Positions 1 through 9,506 of a stretch of 64,000 nucleotides of DNA are shown one piece after another. Every line of letters starts with the position of its first letter. Positions within the stretch are counted from its first letter, which is position 1. Under the pieces are notes generated by a model. That model did no database searches. It was not told the origin of the DNA and saw only the letters and a program-made list of their open reading frames with translations. The DNA is from Candidatus Thorarchaeota archaeon (GTDB taxonomy: Archaea > Asgardarchaeota > Thorarchaeia > Thorarchaeales > Thorarchaeaceae). The stretch spans positions 314-64,313 of the forward strand of contig JBHLQH010000019.1 in NCBI GenBank assembly GCA_048884965.1, written 5' to 3'. Position numbers and translations under genes: made by a program.

Positions 1-735
1 TAGTGCTTAGGCTATCTCCGGTCCTGTCATTATCCGCATCGACCGCAGTAAACTCGAAGCTCTGTGTTCCCAGCGTCGAAGTAAGATAATACGTTCCACT
101 CGGATCCACAGACAATCCAGAATCATCGCTTGCTGTTACCTGTATGTAACCAGGGTCTCCATCAGTGTTACTTCCGAAGTATTCCCATGTAATCGTTGGA
201 GCAGTTGTATCATCATCTCCGATTTCAATATCCACACTGATAGTGGTATTCAGTTTGTCATTGGGTCTATCGTCATCTGCATCAATGGCAGTGAATGTAA
301 AGGTCTGTATGCCCGTATCCGATGAGAGGTAGTATGTTCCACTCGGATCCAGCGAAAGACCTGAATCATCAGATGCGGTGACCTCAATATATCCTGCATC
401 TCCATCCTCATAACTGCCGAAATACTCCCATGTTATGGTCGGAGCAGTTGTATCATCATCATGAATATTGATGGTCACTGATACTGTGGTACTCAGACTA
501 TCGTCTGGTCGATCATTATCTGCATCAACTGCAGTGAATTCAAAATTCTGATCTCCTAAGGTTGATGTCAAGTAGTATGTTCCGCTTGGGTCTACTGAGA
601 GACCTGAGGAATCAGATGCAGTTACAGAGATATAACCTGGAGATCCGTCTTCCTTATCACCTACATACTGCCATATGATAGTGGGAGCTGTTGTATCATC
701 ATCCGGTATAGAAACGACCAACTCACTAGTCAAAG
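1..735 (-). repeat. At least three tandem in-frame coding repeats, period 243 nt (81 aa); the array runs off the window
   Basis: DNA encoding DDDTTAPTI recurs at about 191-220, 434-463 and 677-706, with exact 243-nt spacing. The flanking sequence is also similar (SGLS(V/L)DPSGTYYL..F(E/T)FTA(V/I)DAD(N/D)DR). Confidence 0.85.
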
Positions 736-2746
736 GACCTTTGCCAACATTGTTTACCGCACAAATCTGGTAGTAGTAATCATTGGTTTCCACAATGCCA
801 GTGTCTGTGAATGATGTACCGGTGACAGATGCATAGAGCGACAGAGCTCCTGAACTAGTTCCTCTATAGATGTTGTATCCATTGAATGGTGAATCCCCAA
901 GAATTGCAGGTGCATTCCAAGACAGATCCACCTCATCAGAATCCAGTGTAGCCTGAGCGTTTTGTGGTGCAGAAGGTAATTCGATTTCGATTGCGTCATC
1001 AAAGGGATTGAACTTGATATTGTCAATCCATCCACAATCGGAACCGGAAGAATAGAACCACCCTTTGGAATATGTCCATCTCAGAGTATGAGTTCCCCAT
1101 GAGTTGACGACGAATGATTGTGTGTTCCAATATACATATCCTGAAATTGCAGCCTGCTGAACTCCATCAATATAGAAACGGAGGTAGTCATTGCCAGATT
1201 CAGATGATACACGCCAATCGAAAGTGATTTTTCCAGGACCTTGAACACTAGTTTCAATCCAAGAGTCATCCAAATTACCAATACTGCCGCTTCGATAAGA
1301 TGAGTCGCCAACCGATGCTGTGGAAGTTCGATACCATGTCGCATCGCCACCAGAGCCCCAAGTCAAATCAGGGCTCTCTAGTGTAGAATCCACATCTTGA
1401 ATCTGAAGATTGTCAATCCAGCCGCAATCAGAACCCTGAGAGATAATCCATCCCTTGGAATATGTCCACCTTAGAGTATGGGAACCCCAAGAGGAAATTG
1501 AGTAGCTTCTAGTTGACCAAGAGGTCGTTCCTGATATTGCACTCATCTCAGTGCCATCTATATAGAAGCGGAGGTAATCACTACCTGCTTCCGAAGAAAC
1601 TCGCCAATCGAAACTGAATGCTACAGGACCTTGGACAGTTGTTTGGAACCATGTTGAACTCAAGCTGCCAATGTCACCACTACGCATTGATGATCCACCC
1701 GAGCTGGATATGCCGGTATCAATCAACCAGTTCGCATTGCCACCACTAGTCCAATCTACTTCAGGATCTTCCATCACACCATCGATCCTTTGAATCTCCA
1801 AGTTGTCAATCCAGCCACAATCAGAACCTCTCGATACAGAGTAGTCCTTGGTGTATGACCATCTCAAAGTATGAATACCCCAAGTGTTGACGATATATGT
1901 CTGAGAAGCCCATGAAGTATATCCTGATATCGCACTTTGCTGGGTGCCATCAATATAGAAACGGAGGTAATCATAATTCGATTCAGAGGAAACTCGCCAA
2001 TCAAAACTAACAATAGCAGGGCCTTCAACGGAAGCTTCAATCCATGAATTGTCATTATGGCTTATGCTACCACTTTGAACCGATGAGCCTCCATTGGAAT
2101 ATGTAGACGAAGTGATGAACCAATTTGCATCGCCACCTGATGACCAAATCAAATCGGGGGCTTCCACGGTGTAATCAATATCTTGAATTAGAACATTATC
2201 AATCCAACCACAATCAGAGTATGAGGAAACCGAGTAGTCCTTTGTATATGACCATCTCAATGTATAGATTCCCCATGACAGGAAAGATATGGATCTATGC
2301 TCCCAAGAAGTAAAGCCAGATATAGAACTCTGTTGTGCTCCATTGATATAGAAACGAAGATAATCATAGTTCGCTTCAGAGGAGACTCGCCAATCAAAAC
2401 TCACTAGAGCAGGGGCTTCGATAGTCGTTTCAATCCAACTAATTTGGTTGTTATTGATATCACCACTACGTATTGATGAGCTTCCAACATTGTAGGTGCC
2501 TGTATCAATCAACCAATCTGCACTCCCACCTGTGATCCATGAGAATCCTGGATCCTCTACAGCAGAATCAAAGCTTGTGGGAGCTATCTCGATGCCTCTC
2601 TCCTCGACATCGGTAACTTCTTGATTCTGTTGTATCGAACTATTGCTGGCAATCTCCCCAAAGTTATTGAATTGGACTAGAAGTAGAAAGATGAGAAATA
2701 TAGTACCAACTCTCCAACCAACGCGACTCATACCCAAAAAAAACAT
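1..2746 (-). CDS. Secreted repeat-rich surface protein; its C-terminal part lies beyond the window start
   Basis: Absent from the supplied ORF track because it has no in-window stop. Hand translation of the minus strand from ATG 2746-2744 stays open to position 1. There is a second in-frame ATG at 2731-2729 and an in-frame TAA just upstream at 2758-2756. The product begins MFFLGMSRVGWRVGTIFLIFLLLVQF (signal/anchor-like). It continues with 4 units containing FDWRVSSE..DYLRFYI(D/N)G..HTLRW(S/T)Y(T/S)K..GSDCGWIDN. Next comes an FN3-like stretch (LSWNAP..YNIYRG..YYYQICAVNNVG), then at least 3 units starting DDDTTAPTI(I/T)W(Q/E)Y. Confidence 0.8.
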   Translation of the reverse strand, partial: MFFLGMSRVGWRVGTIFLIFLLLVQFNNFGEIASNSSIQQNQEVTDVEERGIEIAPTSFDSAVEDPGFSWITGGSADWLIDTGTYNVGSSSIRSGDINNNQISWIETTIEAPALVSFDWRVSSEANYDYLRFYINGAQQSSISGFTSWEHRSISFLSWGIYTLRWSYTKDYSVSSYSDCGWIDNVLIQDIDYTVEAPDLIWSSGGDANWFITSSTYSNGGSSVQSGSISHNDNSWIEASVEGPAIVSFDWRVSSESNYDYLRFYIDGTQQSAISGYTSWASQTYIVNTWGIHTLRWSYTKDYSVSRGSDCGWIDNLEIQRIDGVMEDPEVDWTSGGNANWLIDTGISSSGGSSMRSGDIGSLSSTWFQTTVQGPVAFSFDWRVSSEAGSDYLRFYIDGTEMSAISGTTSWSTRSYSISSWGSHTLRWTYSKGWIISQGSDCGWIDNLQIQDVDSTLESPDLTWGSGGDATWYRTSTASVGDSSYRSGSIGNLDDSWIETSVQGPGKITFDWRVSSESGNDYLRFYIDGVQQAAISGYVYWNTQSFVVNSWGTHTLRWTYSKGWFYSSGSDCGWIDNIKFNPFDDAIEIELPSAPQNAQATLDSDEVDLSWNAPAILGDSPFNGYNIYRGTSSGALSLYASVTGTSFTDTGIVETNDYYYQICAVNNVGKGPLTSELVVSIPDDDTTAPTIIWQYVGDKEDGSPGYISVTASDSSGLSVDPSGTYYLTSTLGDQNFEFTAVDADNDRPDDSLSTTVSVTINIHDDDTTAPTITWEYFGSYEDGDAGYIEVTASDDSGLSLDPSGTYYLSSDTGIQTFTFTAIDADDDRPNDKLNTTISVDIEIGDDDTTAPTITWEYFGSNTDGDPGYIQVTASDDSGLSVDPSGTYYLTSTLGTQSFEFTAVDADNDRTGDSLST
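1012..2572 (-). repeat. Four tandem in-frame coding repeats, period 390-393 nt (module of about 130 aa)
   Basis: The Trp codon of the GSDCGWIDN motif recurs at 1028-1030, 1418-1420, 1811-1813 and 2204-2206, all in the same frame. Each unit also carries FDWRVSSE and DYLRFYI(D/N)G. Confidence 0.85.
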
Positions 2747-2874
2747 AGAAGGATTTTAAACTTTTAGTTCAAAAAAATGGCTTTTCTACCATTTGTAGAT
2801 GTCAATATGAGAGCATTTTGACTAACAGAAGATGAACCATAAATCATAATATCGGAGCATTATCTGAGAACATA

Positions 2875-3624
2875 GTGATTTACGTGGAAATTAATGAGTT
2901 CCATCAAGCACGGAAACTGTTGACAGAAGGGAAGCGACTTTCAGCTTTACGAGAATACGAAGCCGCAACCAAGGTTCTCAATGAGGTTATCGAAGGTAAT
3001 CCTGAGAATGCTGAAGCGTGGTATGAATTGGCAAAAGTCCATCATACTCAGGGTAACATGGATCAAAGGGATGTATGCATCAATCATGTAATTGAGTTGA
3101 AACCCGAATGGGCAAAATTCACAGACCGCCTTAGGACCACACCCACCATCTTTGAGGGACAAGAACCAACTAAAGAATCAGATAAGATTCAACCTCTTGA
3201 CACCTCTGAAGGTCCAAGCTTTGTGTATCCATACGAGATGCTTGATGCCTTAGTCAACAATGTACTGATGGATCTATTCTTTCTTTGTGAGGAAGGGAAT
3301 GTGCATGAGCCCTTCATCCTTCCGAGATCAGGTTTCAATTCTGACGATGCGATACGAATACTAACACTCGCTTCAACAAAAGGAAGACAAGAAGAAGCAT
3401 ACACGGGTCTTATAGCATATCTTAAGCTAAGACCTAAAGACCAGTCTACTTGGAAAATTGTGATGGCTCTTGCGGATAGCATGAACCTCAAGGAGTCAAT
3501 TGAAGCTGCCAAACTCGCTCTCCATCAATTGGAACTGGAGGAAGACATACCTCGAAATACATGGGATCGATTCTGCACTGTTGAGATTCCCGAGCGAGAA
3601 CATCCAGATACATCTTCGTCCTGA
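2875..3624 (+). CDS. TPR-repeat protein (GTG start)
   Basis: 249-aa ORF. The N-terminus has a TPR-like pattern (EYEAATKVLNEVIEGNPENAEAWYELAKVHHTQGNMDQRDVCINHVIELKPEW). The antisense ORFs inside it have low-complexity, non-protein-like sequence. Confidence 0.7.
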   Translation: MIYVEINEFHQARKLLTEGKRLSALREYEAATKVLNEVIEGNPENAEAWYELAKVHHTQGNMDQRDVCINHVIELKPEWAKFTDRLRTTPTIFEGQEPTKESDKIQPLDTSEGPSFVYPYEMLDALVNNVLMDLFFLCEEGNVHEPFILPRSGFNSDDAIRILTLASTKGRQEEAYTGLIAYLKLRPKDQSTWKIVMALADSMNLKESIEAAKLALHQLELEEDIPRNTWDRFCTVEIPEREHPDTSSS

Positions 3625-3697
3625 TTACTTCTTTAAAGTGATATACTCATAAGCACCATTGCGAGAGAACATCCGTTTGTATTAGCGTGGCCGATTC

Positions 3698-6600
3698 ATG
3701 AACGAAGTGCGAAAGAAACCTAAGAAGGAATATCACCTTATCCTATTCAGCGAAGCTTTGAAGCAATCATTGATAGAAGAAGTCATTGCCATCCAAGAAG
3801 AACGTTGTGAATATGCAAGCTTCGAAGAAACCCATCCTGCCAATCTCAGGCTTGACGCGAACGAGAGAGCTGAGTGGCTTTGGATAGCCTCAAAGGGAGA
3901 GTACGAAGGAAAGAAATGGGATTGGTCGACCGACAGATTGAGTGGAGACCCGTACTCTGCAGAAGTCTTTCGTGATTGGATAGGAAAGATGAAGTCAGCC
4001 CCAAAGCAGGTATCAAATATAGGGGATCTAGATGAGTGGGCATTGCTTAGTACCAGATATGTACGGGAGTATACAGATGTTGGCTCATGGGGTGTACATG
4101 AAGACCGCTTCGTTGAAGATGTGACATCAGAGGGACTCGTAATAGTGAGTGTCGTTGGAAATCGCAGATTCCAAGATGTACCACCTTCAGCGACCACTGG
4201 ACGAGCTCGAGTAGACCTGAACCTTTTCGAAAGCAAATCCACGAACGAATTGGTCTTACTTCTGCACGATTCCAATTCCTTGATTCGTGAGATTGCCGCG
4301 AAACTTCTTGGGCGTACAAAAGAGAGTTGGACTGTGGATCATTTGATCCTATCAACTGATGATGAAGCGAAATACGTTCGGATTTCAGCGATAGAAGCGC
4401 TTGGGAAAATAGGAGGAGATGCAGCGATCCAAAAGCTCTGTTCCATCCTAAGTGAGAGTGAATATCCAGATAAGGCAGCACAAGAGGCCTTAGCCAAGAT
4501 AGGTGAGCCAGCACTTGAGTCGATAATACCAATGCTTGCTGCAGAAAGTGATCACACCAGCAATGCAGCGGCTGCATTGGTTGCCAACATCGGAGGAAGA
4601 GAAGCTGCTAACGCTCTAATCGATGCGATTGATGAAAGAAGAGCCCAGCGAGCAATGCATACACTCCATACAATCATCCAATCATTGGGGGATATGCAAT
4701 CTATTGAGGCTTTGGAGAGAATTGCAGATTGCCTTCATGATGCTGATATGGGGATACAAGTGACTGCTGCAAAGGCACTCGGAAGCCTCATGGACCAGCG
4801 TTCTATCAAAGCTCTAGTTGATGCGCTCTACACGTGTGAATACATGACTCGTAAAACCATAGTCGAATCACTTGAGAGATTGGGATGGACCCCCACGGGA
4901 GAGTACCATGCTTGGGTGTACTATATCAAGGAGGATTGGGCAGGTCTATTCGCATTAGGAGATGATGCAATAGAAGCAATCTTGAGAGCACTTGAGGAAA
5001 AGGACTCTTCCTATCAAGGAAAGATACTTGCACCATTAGCAAATTCAGGTATCACATTATTGAACTCAAAGGTAGCAGATGCTATCATCAAGATCTACAG
5101 GAGTGATAATCAAAAAGAGTACGTGAAGGTTGATGCCTTAGGAGCTCTTGCCTGCACTCCAACTTTGGAAGTCATGTCCTTCCTGGTGAAGGAATACATG
5201 AATCCAGACACAGATTACTTTCGAAGAAAAATCAGCAACATAATAGAGAAACTTGTGCTTTCTGGAAATGAAATCGCAGGTTCATTGGTTACGAATCTAA
5301 TGGAGATGAATAGTGAGGGTTCTATTGGAAAAGGTATCCGATATGGTCTGAGCCTTCTCACCATTGTGCCATTGAGTCAGTCACAATTGAAGATGCTAGT
5401 ACCTCTGATGGAAATAGTAAAGCAGCGGACACGGGATAAGGAAATCGTGGACCTAGTGTCGGGATTGCTCCTCTTGGATCAGATTCGATCTGATTTCTCG
5501 GCACCGGAATTTCAAGTAAGAAAGAAAGCAATCGAGGCAATTGACAAATATCATCTTCCATCAGCTATCGAGCCATTAATCAAAGCACTGGGTGATGCTC
5601 ATCAGTACATTCGAGACAAAGCTATTCGGGCAATTGACAACATTGGAGTAGGGGCGATAGTTAACACAATTACCGCCCTCGAGAATGATGATTATAGAAT
5701 CAGAATGGGAGCCGCTGAAGCTCTTGGTAGACTACGCTTTGCACAAGCCGCAGAACCGCTTCTAAATGCACTTGATGATAAGAATGAAATAGTACGCCAA
5801 AATGCAGCTTGGGCATTAGGTAAACTGTATCTTAACCAGGAGATGTATGTAGAAATCAAAGGAAAAGTCATAGAAGCACTGGTACGCCTTATGAATAGCG
5901 ATGACCACTTGCCTGCTCGTGCCAATGCAGTCCTTTCATTAGCTAACCTTGAGGATGAAAGAGCAATCAATTGGCTTTTTGAAGCAATGAATCAGCCTAT
6001 CAAGGAATTTAGGCTAAACGCTAGTTTTGGGTTTATTCGACTGGCACATATTCTCCCAAAGGAATCTGAATTTCACAATAGGGTCATAGACAAAATGATT
6101 GCGGCACTAGATGATCCCGTGAAAGAAGTAAGGTACAACGCAGTTGATGGACTGCGCCTCTTCATGGGAAAGAAAGCGAAGAAAGCGCTCGTGGCACTAA
6201 GGGATGATCCGGATGAAGAGCTCAGGGATCTTGCAAAGATAGGTGTAGAAGAGATTGAAAAGTGGGGGGATAATGATAGAGCTAGTTGGAGCTATACAGA
6301 ACGAGCATACTATCTGCTTCGTGATCCAAAAGCCATTGAAGAGCTTATTCCGTTCTTCATGGAGGATGATCTAAAGGTCCAACGGGAAACTCAGATTCAG
6401 ATAAGCAAGTTTGGAGATATCGCGTATGATAAGATGATGAAGTTGCTTCTTGACAAAGAGCAACATTACAGAGTCCGGATGGGAGCAGCTGCCACTTTGG
6501 GAGACATTGGTGATACCAGAGCGATCTACGCTCTCATCGATGCATTGCATGATGCACACGAGGATGTAAGATGCAATGCAGCGTGGGCACTTGCTGAGCT

Positions 6601-6901
6601 TAAAGACGAACGATCTGTCGAAGCTCTATCAAATGCGATGAAGGACACGAATTGGCAGGTAAGAGTGAATGTTGCAGCTGCCTTTGGCAAAATTGGAGGA
6701 AGGAGTGCCTTTAACGGAGTTGTGCAGTTGATAGATGATGACCATCCTGAAGTTCGATTGGTCGCTACAAGTTACCTCGCACACTTCGATGAACCTGAAG
6801 TGATGCATTATCTTCAAGCAAAGTTGAGAGATGACGAGAAGAAAGTCCGTGATATGGCGAAGAGCTGGATCAAGCATCTTGAGTCGCGAAGAAGTAACTA
6901 A
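3698..6901 (+). CDS. Large HEAT-repeat protein (PBS-lyase HEAT-like repeats)
   Basis: 1067-aa ORF with many repeats of the pattern VR..AA.ALG.(I/L)G(D/G)..A(I/V)..L(I/L).AL.D (e.g. VRCNAAWALAELKDERSVEALSNAMKD, VRQNAAWALGKL, IRMGAAEALGRL). The roughly 190-aa N-terminal region was not recognised. Confidence 0.85.
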   Translation: MNEVRKKPKKEYHLILFSEALKQSLIEEVIAIQEERCEYASFEETHPANLRLDANERAEWLWIASKGEYEGKKWDWSTDRLSGDPYSAEVFRDWIGKMKSAPKQVSNIGDLDEWALLSTRYVREYTDVGSWGVHEDRFVEDVTSEGLVIVSVVGNRRFQDVPPSATTGRARVDLNLFESKSTNELVLLLHDSNSLIREIAAKLLGRTKESWTVDHLILSTDDEAKYVRISAIEALGKIGGDAAIQKLCSILSESEYPDKAAQEALAKIGEPALESIIPMLAAESDHTSNAAAALVANIGGREAANALIDAIDERRAQRAMHTLHTIIQSLGDMQSIEALERIADCLHDADMGIQVTAAKALGSLMDQRSIKALVDALYTCEYMTRKTIVESLERLGWTPTGEYHAWVYYIKEDWAGLFALGDDAIEAILRALEEKDSSYQGKILAPLANSGITLLNSKVADAIIKIYRSDNQKEYVKVDALGALACTPTLEVMSFLVKEYMNPDTDYFRRKISNIIEKLVLSGNEIAGSLVTNLMEMNSEGSIGKGIRYGLSLLTIVPLSQSQLKMLVPLMEIVKQRTRDKEIVDLVSGLLLLDQIRSDFSAPEFQVRKKAIEAIDKYHLPSAIEPLIKALGDAHQYIRDKAIRAIDNIGVGAIVNTITALENDDYRIRMGAAEALGRLRFAQAAEPLLNALDDKNEIVRQNAAWALGKLYLNQEMYVEIKGKVIEALVRLMNSDDHLPARANAVLSLANLEDERAINWLFEAMNQPIKEFRLNASFGFIRLAHILPKESEFHNRVIDKMIAALDDPVKEVRYNAVDGLRLFMGKKAKKALVALRDDPDEELRDLAKIGVEEIEKWGDNDRASWSYTERAYYLLRDPKAIEELIPFFMEDDLKVQRETQIQISKFGDIAYDKMMKLLLDKEQHYRVRMGAAATLGDIGDTRAIYALIDALHDAHEDVRCNAAWALAELKDERSVEALSNAMKDTNWQVRVNVAAAFGKIGGRSAFNGVVQLIDDDHPEVRLVATSYLAHFDEPEVMHYLQAKLRDDEKKVRDMAKSWIKHLESRRSN

Positions 6902-7120
6902 AGGTACGCATCTTTATGCATCAAACAATTCTCCGCGGATTCATTATCATTAAGCCATGATATGCGAATTGTATTCCAAGGGAAATGCTGCTTCTAAGAA
7001 AATGAGATGCTTTGAGAAGTTGCGCTGAACAATCTCCCTATAATATACTGAAGCAACTGTATTCCAAGAGTAGAGGGTTGGTTGGGTTATGTCCCTAATC
7101 AGAAAAGAAGTGAGGAGAAG

Positions 7121-9427
7121 ATGCTGAAAAACAAGCATATGCGCACTACCATTCTGACCATTCTTTTGTTCTTGTTACTTATGTCAGGAATTGTACCCAA
7201 TGAAAAAGGAGATTCCAGAGTGCAGATAGCACCTCAGGAGAAATCTCAGACATCATCGGAGTCTGCATTAACGAAAAGATGGAATGCCATTCAAGTTCCG
7301 TTTGAGTTTCAACAATTAGAGCACGGCGGAGCTGGCCCTGCATGTCTGTCTATGTTGTCTCAGTTCTATGGAGACAATGTGACTCAAACCGAATATGAGG
7401 ATGTGCTATTCAATGGGAACTGGGAGGGAGACCTAATGTTTGATAGATTCATTGTCGCCGCAGAGCATGATGAATATGCAAACAGGAACTATGGATATCA
7501 AACCGCTATGTACTCACTTGCAGGGTATTCAGATGCCGAAAAGCGAGAGTTCTTCCAGGCCTATGTTGACTCGGGAAAGCCTCTCTTGATCTTGACCAAG
7601 TATGCAGAGACAACTATTCCCGCATTTCGTATAGTGACTGGCTACGATTGGTCGCCGTATACGCTCATCTGCCATGATACATGGACTCAGCCTACCTATT
7701 GTGGTAAGTACTGCATTATGAGCTTGGAACCGGGCAATTTCCTCGCAAGAGTCTGGAATAATACAGATTACAAGGTGATGGATGTAAGACCATTGAAAGT
7801 TGACCTCGATATCAATGACAAGCCGGCTCAAGGAGGAGATACTATAGAAGTGAGTTGCACGGTTGATCTCAACATTCCAAACGCATTGACACTGAATCCA
7901 ACCGAACTGTACTCATCACCAACTATCCAAGGAACGGACATTGAAGTCACATTGGAATTGCCTAGCGGATTTGCTCTTGCTTCCGGTTCCACTACGATCA
8001 CCCTGAATTCTGTGAGTCAAATAGGCTCATGCTCATGGACAGTTGATATACCAGAAAGTGCCGAAATCACTGATGAGATTAGAGTTGTAGCTAGAACAGT
8101 TGGGCAGTCATATGTCGTTGGAGGAGAATCGAATATCTATCCTCTAGCCCCCAAGGATCCAATCATCTCAAAGCCGGTATTAGAGAATGAAGGAGTCTAC
8201 TCTCCATGCATGTTCAATGTCTCTGGGTATGTGGACTATGATGGGGAATACGATGTGGAAGCTCACTTCTTTGACAAGAGCAATTCATTGAATGTTGACT
8301 CAGATGTTATTCAGATAGGATGCGACACCGAGTCATTTTGTGTTAGGTCATCCATGCTACATGAGAATCGTCTTGTTTTTTCATGGTTTGAAGTGATTAC
8401 AGAAACTGGTACATTCCTATCAAACGTAACCATGACGGAAACCAAGTCTACGAATGATGTAGAGATTCTATTCATCATGGATAACGACTACGGAGCAAAC
8501 TATCACTACATCCGTCCGATTCTTGAAGGATGGGGATGGGAAGTCACCCTTGCTGGAACGGCTATGACAATAGAACCATGTGACTATCAATCGGGTTCTT
8601 CGACATTGGATATGGACATGCTGATTTCTGATGTCACTGACATCTCAGATTATGATGCAATCTCGATAATGCCAGGAGACAGCCACGAAGGATTGCTGAG
8701 CTCAACTGCTGCATTGAATCTCATCAGATCAGCTGCTAATATGGGCATAGTCGTAAGCGCATGGTGCAGAGCGGTAAGAGTGCTTGCTGCTGCCGATGTT
8801 ATTGACGGGCGGAATGTAAGTGGCCATGCAGATTATGCAGCAGAATACACAGCAGCAGGAGCGAGTTACATACCAGGAGATGTGCCTCCAATCATTGATG
8901 GGAACATTGTCACGACTGTACGAAGCCAATACTACCGTGATGAGATGTGTGTAGCAATTGCAATGGCAATAGGAATATTTGAAGAGAATGCACCTGATAT
9001 CATATCCGCAAGATTGAACCCAGAGGAACTCACTCCTGACAATAGTTCCACACTCATCGTCGATATTCTCGAAGCATCGGGTGTTGATCAGGCGATTGCA
9101 AGATTCTACACGATTGACCCAGAAACTGGAGAACGTAACTCGACAGAACCATATCGCACTGTGACTCTGGCACATGTTCTTCAAGAAAGATATGATGTAG
9201 ATCTGTTGCCTTTTGGGGAAGGAAACTACACTGTAGATATCATCACACGGGACATCTTTGGCAATGGAAAAACATTCACAGGCGTCATTACATTTGGAGT
9301 GATGTATCCACTTCAGCCAGAAAGTGATCTGGATGGAACTATGATACTAGTGATTGGAGCAGGTTCGATTCTTGGAATTGCTATACTATTTGGGCTGGTC
9401 ACATTCCTTCAAAAAAGGTCTACGTGA
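7121..9427 (+). CDS. Membrane-anchored secreted protein: C39-like N-terminal region, Ig-like middle, DJ-1/PfpI-like domain, C-terminal TM anchor
   Basis: The ORF track starts at TTG 7082. ATG 7121 is preferred because GAGGAG sits just upstream and the product starts MLKNKHMRTTILTILLFLLLMSG (signal-like). GGAGPACLSMLSQFYG resembles a C39-type Cys motif. ISIMPGDSHEG..GIVVSAWCRAVRVLAAADVIDGRNVSGH resembles the DJ-1/PfpI nucleophile elbow. The C-terminus ILVIGAGSILGIAILFGLVTFLQKRST is a TM helix plus basic stop-transfer. Confidence 0.75.
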   Translation: MLKNKHMRTTILTILLFLLLMSGIVPNEKGDSRVQIAPQEKSQTSSESALTKRWNAIQVPFEFQQLEHGGAGPACLSMLSQFYGDNVTQTEYEDVLFNGNWEGDLMFDRFIVAAEHDEYANRNYGYQTAMYSLAGYSDAEKREFFQAYVDSGKPLLILTKYAETTIPAFRIVTGYDWSPYTLICHDTWTQPTYCGKYCIMSLEPGNFLARVWNNTDYKVMDVRPLKVDLDINDKPAQGGDTIEVSCTVDLNIPNALTLNPTELYSSPTIQGTDIEVTLELPSGFALASGSTTITLNSVSQIGSCSWTVDIPESAEITDEIRVVARTVGQSYVVGGESNIYPLAPKDPIISKPVLENEGVYSPCMFNVSGYVDYDGEYDVEAHFFDKSNSLNVDSDVIQIGCDTESFCVRSSMLHENRLVFSWFEVITETGTFLSNVTMTETKSTNDVEILFIMDNDYGANYHYIRPILEGWGWEVTLAGTAMTIEPCDYQSGSSTLDMDMLISDVTDISDYDAISIMPGDSHEGLLSSTAALNLIRSAANMGIVVSAWCRAVRVLAAADVIDGRNVSGHADYAAEYTAAGASYIPGDVPPIIDGNIVTTVRSQYYRDEMCVAIAMAIGIFEENAPDIISARLNPEELTPDNSSTLIVDILEASGVDQAIARFYTIDPETGERNSTEPYRTVTLAHVLQERYDVDLLPFGEGNYTVDIITRDIFGNGKTFTGVITFGVMYPLQPESDLDGTMILVIGAGSILGIAILFGLVTFLQKRST

Positions 9428-9460
9428 AGAATTGCATTTGGACCAATTAATTACAAGAAT

Positions 9461-9499
9461 ATCAAAAAAGAGGAGGACAGCCCTTTTGAAGGACTGTCC
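9461..9499. terminator. Putative bidirectional terminator (hairpin flanked by an oligo-T tract on each strand)
   Basis: This is the only convergent junction in the window with real spacing (79 nt). GGACAGCC (9475-9482) pairs with GG-A-CTGTCC (9491-9499). The loop contains TTTT (9484-9487) for the plus-strand gene. AAAAAA (9464-9469) provides a T6 tract for the minus-strand gene. Confidence 0.4.
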
Positions 9500-9506
9500 A
9501 AATCTT

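Noticed and set aside
754-2313. Track ORFs 754-1035(-), 1081-1350(-), 1864-2055(-) and 2125-2313(+)
   Set aside because: They are short, with odd composition (His/Leu/Ser/Met-rich), and lie in wrong frames or on the wrong strand of the long open minus-strand frame (1-2746). That frame encodes a coherent repeat protein.
1-2572. Regularly spaced repeats that could suggest a CRISPR array or satellite
   Set aside because: The periods (243 and ~391 nt) are multiples of 3 or near-multiples. The units are in frame, contiguous without spacers, and translate to conserved protein modules. They are coding tandem domain repeats.
3733-4577. Antisense ORFs 3733-4275, 3846-4043 and 4047-4577 inside the HEAT-repeat gene. 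Similar shadows occur elsewhere, e.g. 5692-5970, 16708-17130, 18849-19235, 19966-20463, 20650-21006, 29016-29273, 58466-58957.
   Set aside because: They are shadow ORFs opposite long, motif-rich genes. Their sequences are Ser/Arg/Leu-biased, with no RBS and no recognisable motifs.
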